From assembly GCA_964350735.1 (NCBI GenBank), contig CAYGKO010000003.1, positions 118,452-166,061 on the forward strand: a DNA stretch of 47,610 bases, in the 5' to 3' direction. Source of the DNA: an uncultured Candidatus Saccharibacteria bacterium (GTDB lineage Bacteria; Patescibacteriota; Minisyncoccia; Phycocordibacterales; UBA918). How positions within the stretch are numbered: the first letter of the stretch is position 1; each line of letters begins with the position of its first letter. Positions 37,264 through 45,118 of this stretch are shown in pieces. The position numbers were made by a program, and so were the translations under genes. The notes below the pieces were generated by a model. The model did not search any database. It was not told the origin of the DNA and saw nothing but the letters and a program-made list of their open reading frames with translations.

Positions 37264-38604
37264 TTATCGCTTGAGCGACTCAGAACCTGAAACACCACTC
37301 GCAATTACTTTATCGACATATTTTTGTAAACGTGCTTCTGTTACCCCAATTGTTTCAAAAACAAGTTTTTTAAACAACTCTCTTGCATTATATACAGCCA
37401 GATCTATCCGATCAGACTCCGGAGCAAGAAGGCGTTTAATTTCATCAGCTGCAGATACAACTTCCGAGTGCATATCAAGAGCACCATTTACCGTCTCCTC
37501 ATCTGAAGTAGTGAACGGTCTAATTCGTTCCCTATACACTTCTGCATTAACTTTAAAATTCTCAGGCACATCATTCTCTTCAGCACGATAGTTGCCAGTC
37601 AACGTTTTGTAAAACTGTGTTGTCTCGGTATTATTATCCATCCGAAATCGTTGACCAATCGGGATACTAACCTGTGTTTTCGCCCACCCCAACACCACAT
37701 CCGCAGCAACTACGAGTTCGTCTGCTGACAATTCATCAATCTGTAAACACTGTGCCGACAAACCAACATTTAACTCAAACAATTCTTCAAATCCTTTTCG
37801 GATACCGATTTCTGGCCGAGCCATTGACGCAATAAGATCGGCAGTTCCCCCCGCATTACCTAAGCCACTAGTTCGAGTCGTCGATGAGTCAATCAAGGCC
37901 GCAGCAACCGAATCGGCATCATCTACAAAACCACCTTCCTCTAATCGCCTTTTTGTTTGATTATTATATGGAAGCTGCTCCATTGGTACTCGATTTCCAA
38001 AATCCATTTCGTCGGGAGTGGTGGCTTCAAACAAATCCTGTACTTGTTGATCAAACACAAGAAACAATCGATCAAACGAGTCTGATGATGGATTGATTAA
38101 TGCTTGATACACCTGATCATAATCACCATCTTTTTCAGCAACTAAATTTGGGTGTCGTACATCGAGTAGGGCGCGACGCATCAATAAATAACTTTCGTAC
38201 TCATTTCCCCCTTCTCCAAAAGACCGCTTACGCACCACCATCCCATTTTCGGTAACTTCAGAAATATTCATAGCAGCATCGTGATAAGTCATTCCTGCAC
38301 GCGCTGCCAAAACAGCTGTTTGCTTAATTGCCTTCGGTATAAACTCGTCATCAAATGACTCAACCTGGGCTCTCGCTAGCGCTTCTGCTCCTCTGCGTAC
38401 TCCTCCTTCTACATATTTCCCATCTTCATTGGGATCACCAATTGAGTGTTCAGGATCGTGATATAACAAATCAGAATGTTTTTGTATCAAATATTTCTCC
38501 CCTAAAGAGACCACCTGCTCAATTTGTGCTGTAAATTCAGCAATGTCTTCTGGACTAAATTCAACTTCTAATCTTTCTGGACGGACGGTCGGTACTTTTT
38601 CCAT
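37264..38604 (-). CDS. Hypothetical protein with divergent HD-superfamily phosphohydrolase motifs
   Basis: YHDPEH ... YHD ... NEYES ... EAT ... ADL occur in the order seen in HD phosphohydrolases. Confidence 0.55.
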   Translation of the reverse strand: MEKVPTVRPERLEVEFSPEDIAEFTAQIEQVVSLGEKYLIQKHSDLLYHDPEHSIGDPNEDGKYVEGGVRRGAEALARAQVESFDDEFIPKAIKQTAVLAARAGMTYHDAAMNISEVTENGMVVRKRSFGEGGNEYESYLLMRRALLDVRHPNLVAEKDGDYDQVYQALINPSSDSFDRLFLVFDQQVQDLFEATTPDEMDFGNRVPMEQLPYNNQTKRRLEEGGFVDDADSVAAALIDSSTTRTSGLGNAGGTADLIASMARPEIGIRKGFEELFELNVGLSAQCLQIDELSADELVVAADVVLGWAKTQVSIPIGQRFRMDNNTETTQFYKTLTGNYRAEENDVPENFKVNAEVYRERIRPFTTSDEETVNGALDMHSEVVSAADEIKRLLAPESDRIDLAVYNARELFKKLVFETIGVTEARLQKYVDKVIASGVSGSESLKR

Positions 38605-38610
38605 ACTGTT

Positions 38611-39300
38611 CTAAAGTTTAATTACGATAAACTCTCCTTTCTGTTTATTTGGATTTGTCTCTAGTATAGCAAGTAATTCACTTGGTGTGCCGACCAGCAT
38701 CTCTTCGTGCATTTTGGTGAGCTCCCGTCCAATGTGTAGCTTTGAATCTGGATACATCTCTACTAATGACGCTAAGGTTTTCATGATGCGGTGCGGTGAC
38801 TCAAAGAAACTCACTGGGTGCTCGTAGGTCGCGAGACCTTTGAAAAACGTCTCACGCCCTTTCTTGTGCGGAACAAAGCCTAAGAATGTAAACGCATCAG
38901 ACGAAATCCCCGCGATTGAGAGCGCGGCCGTCACGGCGGAAGCGCCGGGGATCGCCTCAATGACAATCTCTGGTGATTCTGTCCGTACGTGCGCTACCAG
39001 CCGCGCCCCCGGGTCACTGACCCCTGGTGTCCCGGCGTCGCTGACATACACAATATGTTTCCCTGCTTCTAGACACTCTAGTGCGTACGCAGCTACATAG
39101 GCTTCCTTTTCGGCATCAGCGCGTACCAGTTCTTTTTTCTCCAGTTCTAGTCGTTCAATCAGTTTCCCGGTCATGCGGGTGTCTTCACAAAAAATCATCT
39201 CAGCGGCTTTGAGTGTTTCAATCGCCCGCAGCGTAATATCCCCCATATTTCCAATCGGGGTCGCCACTACCGATAGTTTTCCTAACTGCTTAGATTTCAC
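38611..39300 (-). CDS. rsmI: 16S rRNA (cytidine1402-2'-O)-methyltransferase
   Basis: Motifs VATPIGNMGDITLRA, CEDTR, VSDAGTPGVSDPG, FESPHR and RELTKMHEE. Confidence 0.97.
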   Translation of the reverse strand: MKSKQLGKLSVVATPIGNMGDITLRAIETLKAAEMIFCEDTRMTGKLIERLELEKKELVRADAEKEAYVAAYALECLEAGKHIVYVSDAGTPGVSDPGARLVAHVRTESPEIVIEAIPGASAVTAALSIAGISSDAFTFLGFVPHKKGRETFFKGLATYEHPVSFFESPHRIMKTLASLVEMYPDSKLHIGRELTKMHEEMLVGTPSELLAILETNPNKQKGEFIVIKL

Positions 39301-39327
39301 AATATAGCTACGCTACCATTTCAGTAT

Positions 39328-39366
39328 AAAAAAAGGAAGGCGGGACCATGACAGCCCACGCCTTTT
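39328..39366 (-). terminator. Probable intrinsic terminator after the ORF at 39380-40036
   Basis: On the minus strand, AAGGCGTGGG...CCCGCCTT is followed by CCTTTTTTT. Confidence 0.55.
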
Positions 39367-39379
39367 CGTACTTGGTCGT

Positions 39380-40036
39380 TTATTGACCGAAGATGCCGAG
39401 CAGTTGTTTCCCTTCAACAACGCGTTGTTCATTTTTCTGCTCAATATCACGCCAACCTTCTGGTCGTTCATGCATTGGAGGCAGTTTTGTCTCAGCAGCA
39501 TTCATGAGACCGCGGTATTCTGAGAATCGAGCTTGCGCATCTTGCCAATTTAAATACTTACCCGCCAGAGCCCACAAGTACATCAGGTCACGCAGGATCC
39601 GCACTTGTTGATAGACGTCCTTAACGGCAACGACTTCTTCTGAGATCTCTACCAAAAGCTCGCGCTTCAACGTGCCACGCTCAACCAGCACATGTGCGAG
39701 CGTGAGCTGAAGCAGTAGTCTAGTGTGATCGCCAGGAGCTACGTCAGCAGAACTCTGATCAAGCAGTTCCAGTCCTACTACCGCAGAAAACTCAGCATGC
39801 CTGAAGAAGTGTCGGTTGACTTTATGCCCCAAGGCGAGCGACACTCGTCCGAAAACATCGTGATGTCTCTGTTTAAATGAGAAGCGAAGCAGGAGCATGC
39901 GGGCATACACCTGCAATATCCAGAACAGCAAGAATGGTCTCGCAAGGCGCCACCACCCTGATCGTCCCAAACGTGTGTATGACCAGCTCAAAGAACTGGT
40001 GTATCGATCTAGCCTAGCCGGCATAGTAACCTCCAA
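39380..40036 (-). CDS. Hypothetical protein
   Basis: 218-aa ORF that fills the rsmI-murC gap and is followed by a terminator. No recognised motif. Confidence 0.55.
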   Translation of the reverse strand: MEVTMPARLDRYTSSLSWSYTRLGRSGWWRLARPFLLFWILQVYARMLLLRFSFKQRHHDVFGRVSLALGHKVNRHFFRHAEFSAVVGLELLDQSSADVAPGDHTRLLLQLTLAHVLVERGTLKRELLVEISEEVVAVKDVYQQVRILRDLMYLWALAGKYLNWQDAQARFSEYRGLMNAAETKLPPMHERPEGWRDIEQKNEQRVVEGKQLLGIFGQ

Positions 40037-40089
40037 GAGAAATTTTCAGAATGCTCCGAAGAGCCCTGTCGCTAGAGTACAACACCAGA

Positions 40090-41355
40090 TTATTGTGTCA
40101 ACAGATCACTGATCTTTGTCACATCTCCTGCGCCAGCCACGACCACTACATCAGTTTTAGACACCCGACTGGCGACTGCCTCGGCAGCTGCTTCTAAGGT
40201 ATGGAAATGCTCGGCCTTTACTCCAGCAGCAATCAAGTCAGCTACGATCATTTCACTACTTATACCGTCATCGTGAGTTTCGCGCGCCGCGTAGATTGGC
40301 ACCAGAATAACCCGGTCGGCTTTTTGTAGCGCGGCGACAAAGTCGCTGCGCAGTTCTTTGGTGCGTGAAAAAGTGTGCGGTTGAAATACTACTGTCAGGT
40401 CACGCAGTGGATATTTTTCCCGGGCCGCACTAATCACTGCTTTCAATTCAGTCGGGTGATGCGCGTAATCGTCATACACTGGTGCGTTGTGTATATCTCC
40501 TCTATATTCAAAGCGGCGCTTCGTACCAGCGAAATTCTTCAGGGCTTCGTCAATGTGCTTCTTCTCAATTCCTAGAAATTCCGCCGTTCGTCTAGCGGCG
40601 GCGGCATTGAAGTGATTGTAGAGTCCCGGCACCGGGAGATCGAATTGCAGATCAAGCGCTTCTTGATAATCAAACACTGGTGCGCCTAAATTTTCTAGCA
40701 CGGGGGCGACTGTAGTATCTTTAGTCGGAGCAATAATCGCTCCTTCAGGTGGTACCTTCTGCGCCAAACTCGCGAACGCAGCTTGTACATCGGCTAAGTC
40801 TTTAAAATAATCAACATGCTCATGCTCTAGGTTGGTAATCACGAGCACATCTGGCTCAAAGTGCAGAAAGTGCCGCATGAACTCACACGCCTCAACCACA
40901 AAGTACTTACTCTTCCCCGCCCGGAAGTTGCTGCCAGTCTTAGTACGAAGCGACCCCACGATCGCCGACGGATCGAAACTAGCTTCTTCGAGCACATCAA
41001 TCAGCATAGCGGTGGTAGTGGTCTTGCCGTGTGTCCCGGCAACCGCGATCAGGTAGTACTCATTAGCGACGTGTGCCACCGCTTCAAAGTAGCTCATCGT
41101 TGGCTTATCAGTCGCGCGAGCTTTTTCTAGCAGTTCTGGATTCAATGTCAGCCACGCATCGCTGTATACGTATACATCAGCTTCGGGTAGCTCTGATTGA
41201 TCTAAAGAAATTACTACCCCTACTTCACGTAACGCATCAAGTGTTCCCGGACTCTCCGAGTCGTTCGTACCACCCACCTCCCAGCCTTCATGCACATAAA
41301 ACCGCGCCAGTCCTGAGATTCCGATGCCGCCGATGCCGATAAAGTGAATTTTCAT
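40090..41355 (-). CDS. murC: UDP-N-acetylmuramate--L-alanine ligase
   Basis: Motifs IHFIGIGGIGISGLA, AGTHGKTTTT, VEACE, DDYAHHPTE and FQPHTFSRT. Confidence 0.97.
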   Translation of the reverse strand: MKIHFIGIGGIGISGLARFYVHEGWEVGGTNDSESPGTLDALREVGVVISLDQSELPEADVYVYSDAWLTLNPELLEKARATDKPTMSYFEAVAHVANEYYLIAVAGTHGKTTTTAMLIDVLEEASFDPSAIVGSLRTKTGSNFRAGKSKYFVVEACEFMRHFLHFEPDVLVITNLEHEHVDYFKDLADVQAAFASLAQKVPPEGAIIAPTKDTTVAPVLENLGAPVFDYQEALDLQFDLPVPGLYNHFNAAAARRTAEFLGIEKKHIDEALKNFAGTKRRFEYRGDIHNAPVYDDYAHHPTELKAVISAAREKYPLRDLTVVFQPHTFSRTKELRSDFVAALQKADRVILVPIYAARETHDDGISSEMIVADLIAAGVKAEHFHTLEAAAEAVASRVSKTDVVVVAGAGDVTKISDLLTQ

Positions 41356-41357
41356 AT

Positions 41358-42110
41358 TTAGGGAATTACCTCAATAGTATACGTGCCTGTAGGAAACATG
41401 CTATCGACGAGCCCTCGGAAAGGCTGTGATTCTGCAGTAATCAAAAACTTAGTTGTCCCATTGGCAACTTCTCGAGGCCAAAACATTTGCTTAGCTCGTT
41501 CAGCCACAGCCCAGGCTGGGTCATAGATAGAGACTGATTCTTTTATTACTTCACGAAATAATGACTCAACCAGTGGATAATGTGTACACGCCAACACTAA
41601 GACCGCATCATTTGGTAACTCTGGCAAAGCGCCAGTAATGATAGTTCGAGCCAGACCCTGATCATCAGTCTCAATCGCTCCCGCCAAACCAGGCAACGGT
41701 ACCGTCGCACACTCTTTGCCGACCATAGCGAATGCGCTTTGATATAGTTCAGAAGCAATCGTTGCTGGCGTAGCGGCAACCACAATTGGCCGATTAGTAT
41801 CCCGGAGCGCCGTCACTGTCGGACCAACCATTTCAATCATTGTTTCTGGTGCAAAATCGAGTACATCGTATAATGAAATCACCATTGATGCCGATACGCT
41901 ATTACACGCACTAATGACGACGCGGGCACCTTGCTTTTGTAGAGTACACAACGCGCGGACCGTATTTTGTGATATTTCCTGTCGCGTGCGTTCCCCATAT
42001 GGAGCACGAGCAATGTCGCCGTAATACACCACATCAGCCGACGGCAATTCTTCACGCAGTGCACGCAGCACCGTGAGTCCTCCCGAACCTGAGTCAAATA
42101 ATCCAATCAT
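41358..42110 (-). CDS. murI: Glutamate racemase
   Basis: Motifs IGLFDSGSGGLTV, PYG, ACNS and ACTHYP (both catalytic Cys present). Confidence 0.93.
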   Translation of the reverse strand: MIGLFDSGSGGLTVLRALREELPSADVVYYGDIARAPYGERTRQEISQNTVRALCTLQKQGARVVISACNSVSASMVISLYDVLDFAPETMIEMVGPTVTALRDTNRPIVVAATPATIASELYQSAFAMVGKECATVPLPGLAGAIETDDQGLARTIITGALPELPNDAVLVLACTHYPLVESLFREVIKESVSIYDPAWAVAERAKQMFWPREVANGTTKFLITAESQPFRGLVDSMFPTGTYTIEVIP

Positions 42111-42150
42111 TATCTAATTGATACCCACGTACCACATCAATAGTTACGCT

Positions 42151-43515
42151 CTATACATTTTCCACTAAACTCATAAATTCATCATTTCGTTCGTATTCAT
42201 TTACGTACTGCGCAAAACTAGCAAACGCTGGTGAAAAGAGAATGACATCACCAGCAGTTGCAGCCAAGCGCGCTTCTTCAAAAGCGCGAGGTAAATCCTC
42301 TACTACCGTCACATTGACGTCATTGTTATGAATCAACTCCAAGAGTGCGTCAGTACCTGAGCCCGGGGTGAGCACCACCTGCCTGCAATGATCTTTGATC
42401 GCCAGCGCTAAAGGCGCTACGTCGATATTCTTGTCCGCTCCACCTGCGATCAGGATGAGGTTCTTATTACCCAAATCAAGGGCTTCAAGCGCTGCGGTAG
42501 TGGCCTGTGGCGTCGTGGCGTTGTTGTCATTGTAGATTCGGACGTTGTCGGCTGTTTTCACAAGCTGCAGTCGCCCTTCGACTCCAGGAAAACTGGCCAA
42601 GCCTTCAAAGATCTCTTCATCAGTGAGACTAATCGCTTTTAAGGCTTCGTATGCCAAGGCAGCGTTGAGACGATTGTGCTCACCCGGCATGGCCAAAAGA
42701 CAATCCTCCGGGATCACACTCGCGTCTGCCAAAATCACCTCCTGCCCGAGCGAAATCCCTTGCAAGGTCTTCGCTCGGTCAAAAACCTCCGGAGTAGTTA
42801 CTAGTACCCCACTCTCTTCTTGGTAGCGAAAAATGTTGGCTTTGTCTGCGAAATATAGATCCATCGCATCAGCCTTACTGAGTCCGCCGCGTTCATAATA
42901 ATTGAGATGGTCTTCCATAAAATTAGTGAAAACCGCGATCTGTGGACTCATCTCACTCCACCCCCATCCTTGTAGCTGCCACGAATCAAGCTCCATCACA
43001 CACAGCGAGTCTGTCTGCACTTCCTTGAGGAGTTGCAAGTTTGAGAGACCACGAACATTCCCTCCCAATAAAATCTGTTCGCCCGTAGTAAAACTCAATA
43101 CATGATGGATCATCTGTGTCACAGTACTCTTCCCGCGCGTACCAGTGACTCCAATGACTGGAATTTTTGCCAACTCTGCAAACAGTGCTGCAGACTGCTT
43201 AAGCGTCACACCAGAGACCTTAGCCTGTTCTATATATTCAGAATCCTTCGGTACTCCAGCAGCAACTAAAACTAAATCCCGATCGATGAAATCTTCTTTC
43301 CGATGCTCTCCGAGCACAAATTTCACATTACTAAAACCTTTCAATCGATTGAAAGATTCTTGGAGTTCACTTTCAGTTTTTAAATCAGTCACAATCACCT
43401 CAGCTGCTCCAGCCTCCGCAATATACGCTGCGTCGCCCACACCACGCCCTAAAAGCCCCAGACCCATCACAGTCACTTTCTTGTCTTTAAAATAGTCTTG
43501 GAAATTCACCTTCAC
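42151..43515 (-). CDS. murD: UDP-N-acetylmuramoyl-L-alanine--D-glutamate ligase
   Basis: Motifs VTGTRGKST, GGNV, ELDSWQL, DHLNYY, LIAGGADK and LFSPAFASF...R. Confidence 0.95.
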   Translation of the reverse strand: MKVNFQDYFKDKKVTVMGLGLLGRGVGDAAYIAEAGAAEVIVTDLKTESELQESFNRLKGFSNVKFVLGEHRKEDFIDRDLVLVAAGVPKDSEYIEQAKVSGVTLKQSAALFAELAKIPVIGVTGTRGKSTVTQMIHHVLSFTTGEQILLGGNVRGLSNLQLLKEVQTDSLCVMELDSWQLQGWGWSEMSPQIAVFTNFMEDHLNYYERGGLSKADAMDLYFADKANIFRYQEESGVLVTTPEVFDRAKTLQGISLGQEVILADASVIPEDCLLAMPGEHNRLNAALAYEALKAISLTDEEIFEGLASFPGVEGRLQLVKTADNVRIYNDNNATTPQATTAALEALDLGNKNLILIAGGADKNIDVAPLALAIKDHCRQVVLTPGSGTDALLELIHNNDVNVTVVEDLPRAFEEARLAATAGDVILFSPAFASFAQYVNEYERNDEFMSLVENV

Positions 43516-43568
43516 ATCATACGGAAAAGTTACCCAAATTGCCAGCAGCTTTTGTTATACTCTTAGAA

Positions 43569-43724
43569 ATGAATAACGCCCTTGAACGACATAAATTTTT
43601 TCCGTACATTGCCTGGACCACTGTCATTTTGTTCGCTTTGTTTGTCGGACATCTCACCATGACTATCAGTCAACAAATTTCAAGCTTGGGCGAGCGTGCG
43701 GTCACCTTAGAAACCAATCTATAA
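43569..43724 (+). CDS. Small single-TM protein
   Basis: MNNALERHKFFPYIAWTTVILFALFVGHL...; preceded by TGtTATACT (43553-43561) 7 nt before the ATG. Confidence 0.6.
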   Translation: MNNALERHKFFPYIAWTTVILFALFVGHLTMTISQQISSLGERAVTLETNL

Positions 43725-43743
43725 GGCGTGCTACACTTTTTCA

Positions 43744-44337
43744 ATGAGAATCTGTCTCGATTTTGAGCCTAAAAAAATCGCTCGCTTTGCACTGCTTGGC
43801 ATCCTTATTACAGCTGTCTGGATAGCCGCGCTCTTCCTGGCTGAGTATGTCGCCACAAACGACATGGCGCGCAATTTAGTAAGCCAGTTTGGTTACATTG
43901 GAGTACTGGTAGTGGCTATAGTCTCAGGCTTAAATGTCTTAGTGCCAGTCCCGGCAGCTGCATTTGTTCCTGTCTTCGCTGCTGCTGGCCTCCATATCTG
44001 GTTAATTATCGGTGTATTAGTGATCGGCACCACTATAGCTGATCTGATTGGATACTACGTTGGGCGCTGGAGCAAAGAGTTTGTACAAGAGCATTATCCC
44101 AAGACGTTCCGTAAGATGAAAATCCTTGATGACAGCCATCACAACTGGGTACTGCCCCTCGTTTTTGTCTACGCTGCCTTACTGCCATTCCCAAACGAAG
44201 CTATTATCATCCCCCTAGCTTTGATCGGATTTCGATTTAGAACCTTCTTGATTCCCTTAATCCTCGGGAATATAGTTTATCAAACTGCCCTGGCCTTCGG
44301 TGCTACTAATATATTCACCTTACTCTTTGGATTCTAA
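43744..44337 (+). CDS. DedA/VTT (SNARE-associated) family membrane protein
   Basis: Motifs PVP, GTTIADLIGYYVGR and PFPNE; multiple TM segments. TGcTACACT lies 6 nt before the ATG. Confidence 0.8.
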   Translation: MRICLDFEPKKIARFALLGILITAVWIAALFLAEYVATNDMARNLVSQFGYIGVLVVAIVSGLNVLVPVPAAAFVPVFAAAGLHIWLIIGVLVIGTTIADLIGYYVGRWSKEFVQEHYPKTFRKMKILDDSHHNWVLPLVFVYAALLPFPNEAIIIPLALIGFRFRTFLIPLILGNIVYQTALAFGATNIFTLLFGF

Positions 44338-44340
44338 GCG

Positions 44341-44363
44341 ATCAGTCGAACGCTCTAGCCAAC
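44341..44363. repeat. 23-bp exact copy of part of tRNA-Ile (D-loop to anticodon)
   Basis: ATCAGTCGAACGCTCTAGCCAAC occurs at 44341-44363 and at 44494-44516. Confidence 0.9.
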
Positions 44364-44456
44364 CCTCCAATCTCCTGAAGATTGATTGGTCGCTGCGCGA
44401 ACGGAAAAATTGCTATACGCAATTTTCAGCTCGTCCGGGCAAAGTAAAACCCTCTG

Positions 44457-44530
44457 TCCGGGCTCAAGGATTTGAACCTTGGACCTTTCGAGTATCAGTC
44501 GAACGCTCTAGCCAACTGAGCTAAGCCCGG
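44457..44530 (-). tRNA. tRNA-Ile(GAU), CCA not encoded
   Basis: CCGGGCT-TA-GCTC AGTTGGCTA GAGC-G-TTCGA CT GAT AC TCGAA-AGGTC-CAAGG TTCAAAT CCTTG-AGCCCGG-A folds into a full cloverleaf. Confidence 0.95.
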
Positions 44531-44606
44531 ACAGAAGGTTTTACGCTTCAGAAGAATATTCAAGTGGCCAGTACTATACCAAAAAAAGATTGAAAATGTA
44601 AGGGGA

Positions 44607-44651
44607 AAGGAAAAGCCGGCGCGTGAGTTAAAACTCATTTATCGCGCCGGC
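44607..44651 (-). terminator. Intrinsic terminator after the ORF at 44660-45010
   Basis: GCCGGCGCG...CGCGCCGGC stem (44615-44651) followed by TTTTCCTTT on the minus strand. Confidence 0.7.
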
Positions 44652-44659
44652 ACTTTGCG

Positions 44660-45010
44660 TCAGTCAGTCTCAGGCATAACCTTGTTTTCAGGATACAAAG
44701 ACATCATATCCATGAAGGTTGTTGTTTCTGCAACAAGAACCCAATCCCGACGACCGACCTTATCGCACCCTCTCTGGAGCGGGGTTGTTTCAAGATCGAA
44801 ACGAACCACCCCAATACATTTCCCCGAATAAATAGTCCTATATTCAAGCGGGGTTAATGCCCAGGTATGTAACAAGAATCCACCTCCCGCAATCATCAAT
44901 GTCACGCTGATCAGTAAGGACAAAAGGATTGGAAGCGGGCCGTCTTTTCTCTCAAAAAATGACTTTTTGGGAGCATTCGCCTGTATCGTATACACTGCAC
45001 TTCTCCTCAA
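44660..45010 (-). CDS. Hypothetical single-TM protein
   Basis: One hydrophobic helix, flanked by a promoter and a terminator. Confidence 0.6.
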   Translation of the reverse strand: MRRSAVYTIQANAPKKSFFERKDGPLPILLSLLISVTLMIAGGGFLLHTWALTPLEYRTIYSGKCIGVVRFDLETTPLQRGCDKVGRRDWVLVAETTTFMDMMSLYPENKVMPETD

Positions 45011-45042
45011 TATTTCCGGTCTAAGCGCCGGTTACTAAAAAT

Positions 45043-45070
45043 ATTATACATACTTATATTTAAAAGTCAA
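45043..45070 (-). promoter_or_regulatory. Sigma70-type promoter
   Basis: TTGACT-16 nt-TATAAT on the minus strand. Confidence 0.7.
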
Positions 45071-45118
45071 TGTTAGCACTCACGTTTTAGTGCGTGTCAA
45101 CTGCGGTATGATTAGGGG

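Noticed and set aside
44300-44524. 74-aa ORF with a repeated SVERSSQ
   Set aside because: It is the antisense translation of the tRNA and its 23-bp duplicate.
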